DNA of 59,638 bases from Trichomonas gallinae. Its lineage: Eukaryota. Position 1 is the first letter of the stretch. Every line of letters starts with the position of its first letter. A model generated the notes under the pieces. That model saw nothing but the letters and a program-made list of their open reading frames with translations, made no database searches and was not told the DNA's origin. A program made the translations under genes and the position numbers. Of the stretch, positions 50,850 through 59,638 are shown one piece after another. The stretch is from contig MRSU01004800.1 in NCBI GenBank assembly GCA_008369845.1, positions 1-59,638 on the forward strand, given 5' to 3'.

Positions 50850-51936
50850 GGTCGATAAAAAAATTAAAAGTGACGGTTATAAATTTCGTATAAAGCATTG
50901 TTTTCTGTCATTATTCATAATTTTCATAAAATTTTGGCCAAAGCGGTTAACTCACTCGATTCAATTTTCGAAAACACTTGTATGGCATTAGCATATTATT
51001 ATATTCATGTTTTTGTGATTTAAATTTGGTGATCATTAAAAATTCGTTTTTATTAAATTTTTATATATAATATGTCATTAAAAATATAATTTTATATTAA
51101 AAATTTTTTGTTTGTTTCTCAATTGTTTTTTTGTTTATATCCTTAATTTCAGTCAATATTATTGTAAAAATCATATAAATATAGATATATTTTGATTTTC
51201 GAAAAAGTATCCAACATGAAGCATTTGATATTTCATGAAAATAACAAATTCATGAGCATATATTCAATATTCGCATGAATGGATGATGGAGAAGAAATTT
51301 TGGTATATAAAGGTGTTGAAACTTTCAAATAACCAATCAAATTGGCCCAAACTCCATATATATGCTTATTTCCAGACAGAGTTTGCAGTATTCCCTCGCT
51401 CCGTTTTTGCAAAGCAATAGCAGTTTTGATGATCAAAAAATTGAAAATTTATGATATATGTTTTAGAGCATAAAAATAGTTGTTATGCAAAATTATGCTT
51501 GATCCTATATCAAATTTATGATTTAAACGACTTCGAATTTAAAATTGCAATATTATCTTCAATTTTAGAAGTATGTGATTAACATATGCTTATCATATGT
51601 ACAACTGGCTGTTGTAAACATGATGGAATTAATCTTATGTCTTTGATTTCAAGTTAGAAGAATTTTCCTCGTGCATCATTCGTCCGTTAAAATAAGGTTC
51701 TACGTTTCAACACCTTTTTCTCTATCTTCTTTCTTTCTCCAACACACAATCAAATCTATATAAATGCACTCGAGAATGTGATGCAATGTCAAATGCTTAT
51801 CAGTTGTTTCTCATAAAGCTTGAATCAGAGTATTATAACATGATTTTTTGAGAATTTCGCACTAATTTTGTGATAATCAGAGTTTACGCCCGGGAATTCA
51901 ACGAAATTTTCTTATTTTTATTATAGAACCAAAGAG

Positions 51937-52752
51937 TTGAGTTTTATTCTCGTCTTTGGAGTTTTAGTATTTCGTTTTATAGACATAATATCGCATATAA
52001 GAACATTACAAAAGCCAAATCCATGCATCTCGAATCATTATTTTCTTCATTCATCGGATGAAATCCTCGATACAAAGGCTATGTTAAAAGAAGACATGGA
52101 AAGAAACTCTCCCAATGCTGAATTCGCAGGTCATACTGAATTTGAGACAGAAGAAGATATTTTTAATCCCAAAAATGAAGAATCCGTAGAAAAATCAGAA
52201 ATACAGACAACCACAACTGCAAAAGACAAAAACACTCATGTTACAAAAAATGAAACAACACGAAAAAGACAAATTTGTCACAAATACGCGAATTACCTTT
52301 CAACTAAAGAATGTCTTTGTCAACAAGGAATGGTTGGTAATGGAACACACTGCGAATATGATATTCCAAATATTTCGTTTATTTCACCTAATTTTATTAC
52401 AAAACCAAATCAAGAATTTTCGATAATCTTTGATTCATTATTGCACCCATCTCTAAAGTCGATGTACTGCAAAATTGGGACTCTAGCTTTTTCATGTCCA
52501 ATAATAGGTAATCAAATGAAATGTAAACTTCCATATTTGAAGCCTGATCATTACTTACTCAGAGTTTCTCCATTAGGGTACAATTGGTCTAATGCTGTTT
52601 TCTTTGATAGCAAAATATTTAATATTCAACAAGATATCTTTAATATTCTTGCGTTTGTCATAGGTTTTGTCATAGCAACATTTATTCTCAACACAACAAT
52701 CACAAAGATAAATTTATTATCAAAATTTAAACGAAATCCAAAACAACTTTAA
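51937..52752 (+). CDS. EGF-like + IPT/TIG domain membrane protein lacking an ATG at its apparent start
   Basis: CHKYAN.....CLCQQGMVGNGTHC (EGF-like), PNISFISP...CKIG...CKLP...LRVSPLGYNWS (IPT-like), and a C-terminal TM. A signal-like N-terminus begins at TTG 51937; the first ATG is at 52081. Confidence 0.65.
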   Translation: MSFILVFGVLVFRFIDIISHIRTLQKPNPCISNHYFLHSSDEILDTKAMLKEDMERNSPNAEFAGHTEFETEEDIFNPKNEESVEKSEIQTTTTAKDKNTHVTKNETTRKRQICHKYANYLSTKECLCQQGMVGNGTHCEYDIPNISFISPNFITKPNQEFSIIFDSLLHPSLKSMYCKIGTLAFSCPIIGNQMKCKLPYLKPDHYLLRVSPLGYNWSNAVFFDSKIFNIQQDIFNILAFVIGFVIATFILNTTITKINLLSKFKRNPKQL

Positions 52753-53057
52753 AAACAGAAACATCTATATCACAGGATTAAACTTATGATTCAAATCCTT
52801 ACAATTTCCTCTTTCATCTTATTTATATTATTTTTTCACAAAGATCCGATTCATGTAGCAGAATACAGCCATAATAAGTTTTATAAAATAATATATTGTT
52901 CCATTATTCTTCAATGGTTTGTAATTATCAAATAAAAAATTCAATTTTTAGAATTATAAACAATTCAGATAATTAAACATATAGAAATTTTATTTTAAAG
53001 CAAAACAATTGATGATTTATGCATAAAACGAACAAAATTAAACTCTAAACAATATTC

Positions 53058-53873
53058 TTATCTATTTTGATTCATGTATTGATTATTTTGAACTCCCATA
53101 GGCTGCATCGGCTGAAGTGGTTGCAAAGGTGTCATCTTTAAGAGCTGCTCATCAGGATCGAAATCATCATCACTAGATGAGCCACAGATTTTGAAGAGAT
53201 GATCGTGTATTTCTTTATCACCCATCAGCCATCTGTTTTCTTCGCATTCGGCATCTGTTGGTGGATCTTTGATAAAGTTTGGAAATTCACCAAGCTGCTC
53301 TTTAATAAGACCGAGTAAAGGCTTGACATCGCGAACATCTGGGAAGAATGGGTGGACTCTTTTTGATGTATCTTCTTCAACAGGCTTTTCTTGTAATTCC
53401 GAAGGTTTTGGCGCTTGTTCCATTTTAACTTTACGTGGGATAATGCAAAATGCTGTCAACAGACCAGCACGTTGTTCTCTTGATGCTTCGTATTGAGCGA
53501 AGAAACCATTTGCATGTTTAACGATATCATTACAGATTGGTGGAGTTCTTGAACCAATATACGGCAATGGTGATGGATTGGAGGCAATGTCGATAATCAA
53601 ATCAGCCATTGCTTTTGAAGCTTCTATGTGATCAATATATTTTTTGTCAATTTTTGGAGCAGCGAGTGGCTCAACTGAGCATGGAACATGTGTTGCGCTG
53701 ACAGGCAATATATTTCTTGTTGGATCTAAATAATCGAAGTAAGAAAAATCGTTTTCGAGAGCTGCGAGTTCTGTAAGTATACGACGCTTTTTCTCAAGAA
53801 GTTGTAGATTTTCCTGCTTTGGTTGTGCAGTTATAACCTGCGCAGGAGGAATTTGAAAACCTGGTTGACTCAT
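53058..53873 (-). CDS. Hypothetical protein
   Basis: 271-aa ORF from ATG 53873 with Pro/Gln-rich termini. Confidence 0.8.
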   Translation of the reverse strand: MSQPGFQIPPAQVITAQPKQENLQLLEKKRRILTELAALENDFSYFDYLDPTRNILPVSATHVPCSVEPLAAPKIDKKYIDHIEASKAMADLIIDIASNPSPLPYIGSRTPPICNDIVKHANGFFAQYEASREQRAGLLTAFCIIPRKVKMEQAPKPSELQEKPVEEDTSKRVHPFFPDVRDVKPLLGLIKEQLGEFPNFIKDPPTDAECEENRWLMGDKEIHDHLFKICGSSSDDDFDPDEQLLKMTPLQPLQPMQPMGVQNNQYMNQNR

Positions 53874-53999
53874 CGAAAAAAAAGTTGACAAAAATACTTA
53901 TTTACATGACAAAAATATTATTTTACTTGACATAAATGACAAGTAAATCTTTCAAAAAAAAAGTCTTAAAAATGAGCACAAAATTAATATTAATACAAT

Positions 54000-55301
54000 A
54001 TGTTATTTCTAAATATCAACTTTTTAGATCATTTAAGATTTTGCGCAATTTTTATGCTTTCTCAGTTCTTGATGATGACTTGCGCATCACAAGAACAAGG
54101 AGATGTTACAATAAATGACATTGCTTTTGGTATTTGGACAGGAAAAAAGATGATCAAAAAGAGAATTCTCGGATTAGCTAAAACATGGTTAAAATTAGTA
54201 CCGCAAATCGATATTTATTCAGATTTCCTTGATGAGGATGATGCAATGCTTGTTCTAAATTCATCTAATCATTTAAATATCACATTTCATACAATTCCGA
54301 CTTATGCACATCATATTGTAGGTACTTCTGTCGATAACATTTGGAATCACGCACAGTCACGACATTTAATTGCATTTTCAGATTTATATTTTCGATATCC
54401 TGATAAAAAATGGTATTTTCTCGGTGATGACGATACATTTCTGTTTCCAAGTGGAATACTTAAGAAATTAAACCAAATAGACTACAACAAACAAAAGATT
54501 TTGGGACATGAATTTTTTATCTTTCCAAATCTTTTAAAATTCTTCCAATCAAAGAAGGAAAACTATGTCTTCTGTCAGGGAGGCGCTGGCTTCTTTGTAA
54601 CGAAAGCAATGATGGATTTCATCGCTCCAAGAATTTTAAATTGCTCAAAGTATTATGAAGCGTCCAATTTTGTGAGCGATATAAGAATTGCAGCATGTAT
54701 TGACTTTTACACTAACATCACGAATTTTTCTCGACCATATCAACATTATATTGATCAAGCAAGTTTAATCAACGGAGAAATGCCTGAATTTTCGGTCCCA
54801 AAGCTACAATACGACACACAACCTATATCATTTCATCATATCGTTTATCCTCGCACTGAACTTTTATGGAATTCAAGTTTCTCAACTTGGACCGATAAAA
54901 ACGGAACAGAGCTTCTTATTGAATGGACGCATATCTTTGCATCACATATTCACGTGGAGATTGGCTATGAAGGAAATTTCATGCATTTCATTTTTGGATA
55001 CATGCTTGATTCGAATTACGACAAAAATCCCTATTATTCAACATCTGCACCTGAACCTATATTCGATAACAACAGCCAGATTCCGCGCAGATTCATGCAA
55101 AAGTATCAAGGAGGAATTTCGATAGAATACATTTGCGACGACACAGTGTTGCACGGAAACATAGCATTTGACCACTTCCTGAGTGGAAACCTCACTGGAA
55201 CAGCATTCAGAGTTAAATGTGACCAGCCACAGACATACATGCACAACTTCAAGGATGGTTCTCCTTTCATTCTCCTTCACGAGGACCAGAGTGATCTGTA
55301 A
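54000..55301 (+). CDS. Fringe-like / GT31 beta-1,3-glycosyltransferase
   Basis: KWYFLGDDDTF (DxD), QGGAGFF, SDIRIAAC and PISFHH. The start is ATG 54000 or 54054. Confidence 0.88.
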   Translation: MLFLNINFLDHLRFCAIFMLSQFLMMTCASQEQGDVTINDIAFGIWTGKKMIKKRILGLAKTWLKLVPQIDIYSDFLDEDDAMLVLNSSNHLNITFHTIPTYAHHIVGTSVDNIWNHAQSRHLIAFSDLYFRYPDKKWYFLGDDDTFLFPSGILKKLNQIDYNKQKILGHEFFIFPNLLKFFQSKKENYVFCQGGAGFFVTKAMMDFIAPRILNCSKYYEASNFVSDIRIAACIDFYTNITNFSRPYQHYIDQASLINGEMPEFSVPKLQYDTQPISFHHIVYPRTELLWNSSFSTWTDKNGTELLIEWTHIFASHIHVEIGYEGNFMHFIFGYMLDSNYDKNPYYSTSAPEPIFDNNSQIPRRFMQKYQGGISIEYICDDTVLHGNIAFDHFLSGNLTGTAFRVKCDQPQTYMHNFKDGSPFILLHEDQSDL

Positions 55302-55381
55302 TCACTCGGTTTCAATCTATATTACGTTATTTGTTTATATATATGTGTGTGAAATTAAAATAATAACATTCATGATTATAT

Positions 55382-55824
55382 TCACCATCTTAAATGATCG
55401 AATTTTCTCATGGCGCTTCGAATGTAAACCATTGAGATATTGAATAGTTTTTGAGCACCTTTTCTCGTTGAGACTTTTTGAGCTTGGAGTACGACATAGC
55501 AAAACTTCTCCTTCATATCTCGTATGGTTTCCATTTCAGCGTTCATGATCGGCATGTAACTTCGTTCTCCGAGCAACTCAGTCATCCAGTTTGTGAGGTC
55601 ACCTCCAGAAAAGTTCTGTCTCATTATACCATCATTGAGCAAGTAGCCTTCATATACTGGGGAAACACCTTCACCGGATTCCCAAACAACTCCTGTTGTA
55701 CGGCAGGAAAAGAAGAAAGAAAGAACGGACTGGATATCGACATAGTAAGATGGGACGTGATGAAGTCAACTTTGCACATACCAGATCCGTTATCGATAAC
55801 GAGTGTCTGAACGTCTTCAAGCAT
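55382..55824 (-). pseudogene. ACT: Internally deleted, frameshifted and truncated actin pseudogene
   Basis: MLEDVQTLVIDNGSGMCKVDF is followed, after a frame change, by VPSYYVDIQSVLSFFFSCRTTGVVWESGEGVSPVYEGY...GGDLTNWM...IRDMKEKFCYV. This corresponds to actin residues ~1-22 joined to ~129-220. Confidence 0.9.
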
Positions 55825-56023
55825 GTTCAAGTTTAGCTTTATCGATGAATACTAAGTTTCAAAGAATTTCGAAACGATAGATAGTTTGGGTGTTTCCTTG
55901 CGAGGAAATATACATACCTCAAATCTTGCAATTTTTTATTATATTTATTTTTTTCAATAATATATTAGAAAGATAAATAAATAAACGAGATTTTAACTAA
56001 AATACTAACAATTTTTTATTAAT

Positions 56024-58876
56024 CTAATTCTTTCTTGGCGAAGCCGTAACCGGTAACACGCCGACTTTAGGCCCCTTTCCGAACCGCTTGTTGTACTCCT
56101 TCTCTTTGCTAACCAATATTACCCTGTATTCGCTCAATTCCTTCATTGACGTCTGCAGCTGACTTGTTATCAACTGTAGTCTTCCTTGTAACTGCTCAAC
56201 TAGATCAATTTCCTGCTGTCTTGGCGGGCATTTTTCTACCTGCTGGCGTGCTTTGTTCCTTCTTCTTGTGAGCACGCTAATTTTCTCGTCGTAGAACTCT
56301 TGCATGCCTGTCCAATCTTTTTTGTTCTTCTCGAATTCGGCACTTTTCTTTTTCTCTACATCATCTATCAATGCTTCATTAATTGTTGTCGATTCCTTTG
56401 TTTTTGTTTCGTATATGTTATTATTCCTCGCTATTTCGTCTTTAGCTGAATCGATCTCTTTCCGCAAATTCAGCGAGGAATTCTCGAAAATTTCATTTTC
56501 TTCTTTCTTATTCGACTCGAATTTAATTATAAGATCCTGCATTTGTTTTTCGTATTCTCCATTGACACCATCGAGTTCTTTCTTTGCTACTTGGATTTCG
56601 CTGTCTATTCTTGCTGTGCTTTCTTTCTGCTTTATCTCTAGTTCATTTATTTCGTTGTTTTTTACTGAAATCAACCTTTCCATTTCTTTCTTTAGGTTTT
56701 CGTCATAACTCTTTTGTGATTTTTCGAATTCATCGATTATCTCTTGAAGTTTCGCTTTCTTCTCTTCAACATCTTTTTTGAGGTCATCAGTGTCTTTAGT
56801 TATCTTAAGTTGCAGAAGCTGGGATTCAAGTTTCTTCATAGAATCAGCAAATTTGGTTTTCGTTTGTTCGATTAATCTGTTTATCTCTTTCGTTTCGTAT
56901 TCTTCGTCCCTCTTTTCGTTGAAAATCTCCTTCTGTATGTCGGTGAGAATCCTCTGCTTGTTCTCTTTGTCAGGGTCATCAACAGGAATCGATGCATGCC
57001 TTTTGTTTTCTTCTTCAAAGTTTTTCTTGTATTCTTCCAATAGTTTCTCTTTTTCTATTGACCAGCTTTTGTTTTCTGCATCGATTTTGTCTTCTATTCT
57101 CTTGATTTCATCGTCTAAAGTTTTGAATTCGCTTGAGTTTACTTCTAAATTTCCAAATTTATTTAATTTTGCTTCTTCAATCTTGAATTCTTTGAGCATT
57201 TTCTGGTTAAAATCGGCAAGTTCTGTGTTTTGCATTGCTTCTTTGTTGATATTCGAAATTTCTTCTTCATAAATTTTATTATATTTTTCTGTTTCTGCTT
57301 TTATTGCTTTATCATGTTTTTGATTCAATTTGTTTACTATAGAATTATGCTTTTCTTCTTCTTTTGTTAAACTATCTTTATATTCTTTGTTTGATGATTC
57401 GATTTGTGCCTGGAATTTGCTTTCTTGGTCTTTAACAAGCGCATTAGTCTTATCTTCGAAATTTTTCCTTTTCTGTTCAAATTCTGTACGTTTTTGTGCA
57501 ATATTTTCTAAAATTGTTTTCAAATCTAGCTGAAGCTTGCCAGTTTCTGTGTTTGAGTTTTGCAACAATGTGTTATACTTGTTATTTAAGTCATCCTTTG
57601 TCGAATTAAACTTCTTTTCCTCATTTTCGATGTTTTTTTGATGATCAATTTTCATTTGACTCATTTTCGCTTCACCATCTGATTGTGTTTCTTGCTTTTG
57701 TCTGTTGAGCTCATCAATTGTGGCCTTCCTCTCATTTGAAAGGCTTAAAATTGTTTGATGAAGATTATTTAATTTATCAGAAGAACCTGCTGCGAATTGT
57801 GCATGCTTCTTTCTCATCTGATCAAGCTCCATTTCTCTATCCTTAATGAGTTTTTGTATTGATGCATCAAGATTTGAAAATTGATTTTGGATTTCATTCG
57901 TTTTTTGTGATATTGCATTTTTCATGTCGTTTCTCTCTTTGATTAGGTTCTTCTGCGCAGTATCAATTGATGATGCATTTGAATTTTTCGTTTTTGAAAG
58001 ATTTGATTTTTTATTATTGAAATCTTCTGCGTAATTTTTCTCAAATGATGCATTTTTAGCTCTTTGGTCTTCAATAGACTTTGTTTTCGCTGTTATTTCA
58101 TTCCTAAACTCAGTTTTTATTTTGTTGATATTTTCATTAAACTGATTTCTTAGTTCTTTTTCCTTCACAATGAGAGACTCAACTTCATACTTGTTATTTT
58201 CGTTTGTTTCTTTCAGTTTCTTCGAGACAACTTTTAATTTTGCTGTTTCATCTTTAATTTTTGCAGCTGTGTCTGTGAGTTTTGGCGTATTCTTCAGCTT
58301 TTCGATATCCTTTTGGTACTGGTCTTTGAGTGTTTGTAGTTGTTTGGCTGATTCTGCTTCAAGTTTTTTGAGATTATTTTGTGAAATGATTTCTACGTTT
58401 TCTACTTCATTTTGGAACTTCGAGATGGATGCATTGATGTCATCCTTCAGCTTTGTTTTGAAATTTTCTGATTTTTCCTGTATTTTTTTATTAATTTGTT
58501 CAATTTGCGTATTTATCTTTGTAATTTCGCTTGAAATTTCGGTTAAGTTGTTTGAAAATGTCTCAGTGTTTGTTTGTATTTTCTGAATTCTTTGATTCAT
58601 GAAGCTACTCTGTGATGAAAGCATTTCTTCATTTTTTGTTTTGAAATCTTGAAGTATTGTTGCTGATTTTGCATCGTAGAGTGTGTTAAATCGTTTTTGT
58701 TCTTCTGAAATGTATACAGCATAAGCATTGCTTAAATCACTGAATTTTGTGTTAACTCTATCGGTGAGAAACTGCTTTTGATGATTCATATCTGCTATCT
58801 GGTCATCAAAAATCTGAATAACCTTGATAAGTTGGCTAAGCTTCTTAGCAACATTGTATTTCAAGGCTTTCGACAT
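56024..58876 (-). CDS. FAM184-like long coiled-coil protein
   Basis: N-terminal VAKKLSQLIKVI and C-terminal PPRQQEIDLV...YRVILVSKEKEYNKRFG..PKVGVL match the conserved FAM184 termini as I recall them. Confidence 0.78.
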   Translation of the reverse strand: MSKALKYNVAKKLSQLIKVIQIFDDQIADMNHQKQFLTDRVNTKFSDLSNAYAVYISEEQKRFNTLYDAKSATILQDFKTKNEEMLSSQSSFMNQRIQKIQTNTETFSNNLTEISSEITKINTQIEQINKKIQEKSENFKTKLKDDINASISKFQNEVENVEIISQNNLKKLEAESAKQLQTLKDQYQKDIEKLKNTPKLTDTAAKIKDETAKLKVVSKKLKETNENNKYEVESLIVKEKELRNQFNENINKIKTEFRNEITAKTKSIEDQRAKNASFEKNYAEDFNNKKSNLSKTKNSNASSIDTAQKNLIKERNDMKNAISQKTNEIQNQFSNLDASIQKLIKDREMELDQMRKKHAQFAAGSSDKLNNLHQTILSLSNERKATIDELNRQKQETQSDGEAKMSQMKIDHQKNIENEEKKFNSTKDDLNNKYNTLLQNSNTETGKLQLDLKTILENIAQKRTEFEQKRKNFEDKTNALVKDQESKFQAQIESSNKEYKDSLTKEEEKHNSIVNKLNQKHDKAIKAETEKYNKIYEEEISNINKEAMQNTELADFNQKMLKEFKIEEAKLNKFGNLEVNSSEFKTLDDEIKRIEDKIDAENKSWSIEKEKLLEEYKKNFEEENKRHASIPVDDPDKENKQRILTDIQKEIFNEKRDEEYETKEINRLIEQTKTKFADSMKKLESQLLQLKITKDTDDLKKDVEEKKAKLQEIIDEFEKSQKSYDENLKKEMERLISVKNNEINELEIKQKESTARIDSEIQVAKKELDGVNGEYEKQMQDLIIKFESNKKEENEIFENSSLNLRKEIDSAKDEIARNNNIYETKTKESTTINEALIDDVEKKKSAEFEKNKKDWTGMQEFYDEKISVLTRRRNKARQQVEKCPPRQQEIDLVEQLQGRLQLITSQLQTSMKELSEYRVILVSKEKEYNKRFGKGPKVGVLPVTASPRKN

Positions 58877-59483
58877 AAATTTCTAAAATTTTATACGTTT
58901 ATAAATTCTTTGACAAATAAATTAGATTTACATGACAAAATTGTTATTTGACAAAGAAACTCTCACTAAGTAACTTATAAGGAATGTTCATCACATTAGC
59001 ATCATTATTTTGATCTGTTGAGGACCTGTTTTATATATTGTGAAACAAAATATGTCGTTCTTCTTTCAATAAGCATGTGGAGAATATATTAATAGCTATT
59101 TGGGTCTAAATCATATTAGTCTAGTGAATTTAGCTGTTTAATTGCACAATTATAAGTTTCTTATGCGAATTCACCGAAGAAACATATGTTTTTGCACATT
59201 TTTACTGCAATGATGCATCCAATTGCTTGACAATTTGAGAACATATGCAATGATAAATCAAAATTAGAAACATTTATATTGTTGTCTTTTTTGGTGAATA
59301 TATTTTATTTACATCACCGAAATGTGTATTTGGCTTGAATATAAAACCTTAACTATTAGATATTGAAGAAGAAATCAATGTGAAAAACAATTTTTCATCA
59401 TATTTAAGCATTTTATAATATGCAGATCCTATATTGATAGTAAAATCGAAAACAGATTTTTAGTTGTCACTTTTCGACACCAA

Positions 59484-59638
59484 ATGACTCAGCAGCCAGC
59501 GAATATTCTTGAACTGATGAAACAGCTCCTTGCTTCCATGGATATCACAGACTACGACCCAGCTGTCCCACATATGCTCGTTGAGTTATTTTACAGGCAC
59601 GTCGGCGATGTTTTGAAACAAGCGCGCAATTCTTCTCA
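59484..59638 (+). CDS. TAF9: TFIID subunit TAF9 histone-fold protein, 5' part (runs off the right edge; not in the ORF track)
   Basis: MTQQPANILELMKQLLASMDITDYDPAVPHMLVELFYRHVGDVLKQARNSS aligns with TAF9 IL..MGIT.YEPRV..QML.FA.RY...IL.DA. Inr TCACT at 59467. Confidence 0.85.
   Translation, partial: MTQQPANILELMKQLLASMDITDYDPAVPHMLVELFYRHVGDVLKQARNSS

Noticed and set aside
51309..51717. Perfect 14-bp inverted repeat AAAGGTGTTGAAAC about 380 bp apart (possible MITE)
   Set aside because: There is no target-site duplication or second copy in the window, and one such match is plausible by chance in AT-rich DNA. A genome-wide BLASTn would settle it.
670..55830. TTG/GTG start codons given by the ORF track
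   Set aside because: This is an artefact of a prokaryotic start table. An in-frame ATG lies a few codons downstream in nearly all cases; the exceptions at 17136 and 51937 are reported as findings.

Overview
This is gene-dense, AT-rich eukaryotic DNA with no introns I could find, almost certainly from a trichomonad (Trichomonas vaginalis or a close relative). The assignment is an inference from TCAYT initiator motifs just upstream of AAAATG starts, stop codons fused to TAAA poly(A) signals, a Trichomonas-type actin N-terminus, and the ankyrin and transmembrane-cyclase families. The supplied ORF track uses bacterial TTG/GTG starts, so I moved most starts to the first in-frame ATG. The window holds about 33 protein-coding loci. 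Recognisable ones are a Has1/DDX18 helicase, U1A/U2B'' RRM protein, Rpn11, GAF-domain phosphodiesterase, SCAMP, DH-PH RhoGEF, TAF9 (partial, right edge), FAM184-like and FOP/LisH-like proteins, two glycosyltransferases, a GOST-type 7TM protein and an importin-beta-like HEAT protein. There are also actin and ankyrin pseudogene remnants. I saw no rRNA, tRNA, CRISPR array or intact transposon. Main observations: (1) an 11-bp TGWCATGTAAA element recurs upstream of many genes, lies 49-52 nt from the ATG in four of them, and forms a 31-bp-phased array; (2) a 1341-codon transmembrane cyclase-family gene is split by one in-frame TAG; (3) several intact genes encode probable pseudoenzymes (kinesin, S28 peptidase, cyclase, bromodomain); (4) a hairpin-dense putative non-coding RNA sits head-to-head with the U1A gene; (5) two otherwise intact genes are broken only at the start codon. 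All family calls come from motif recognition by eye, not database searches.
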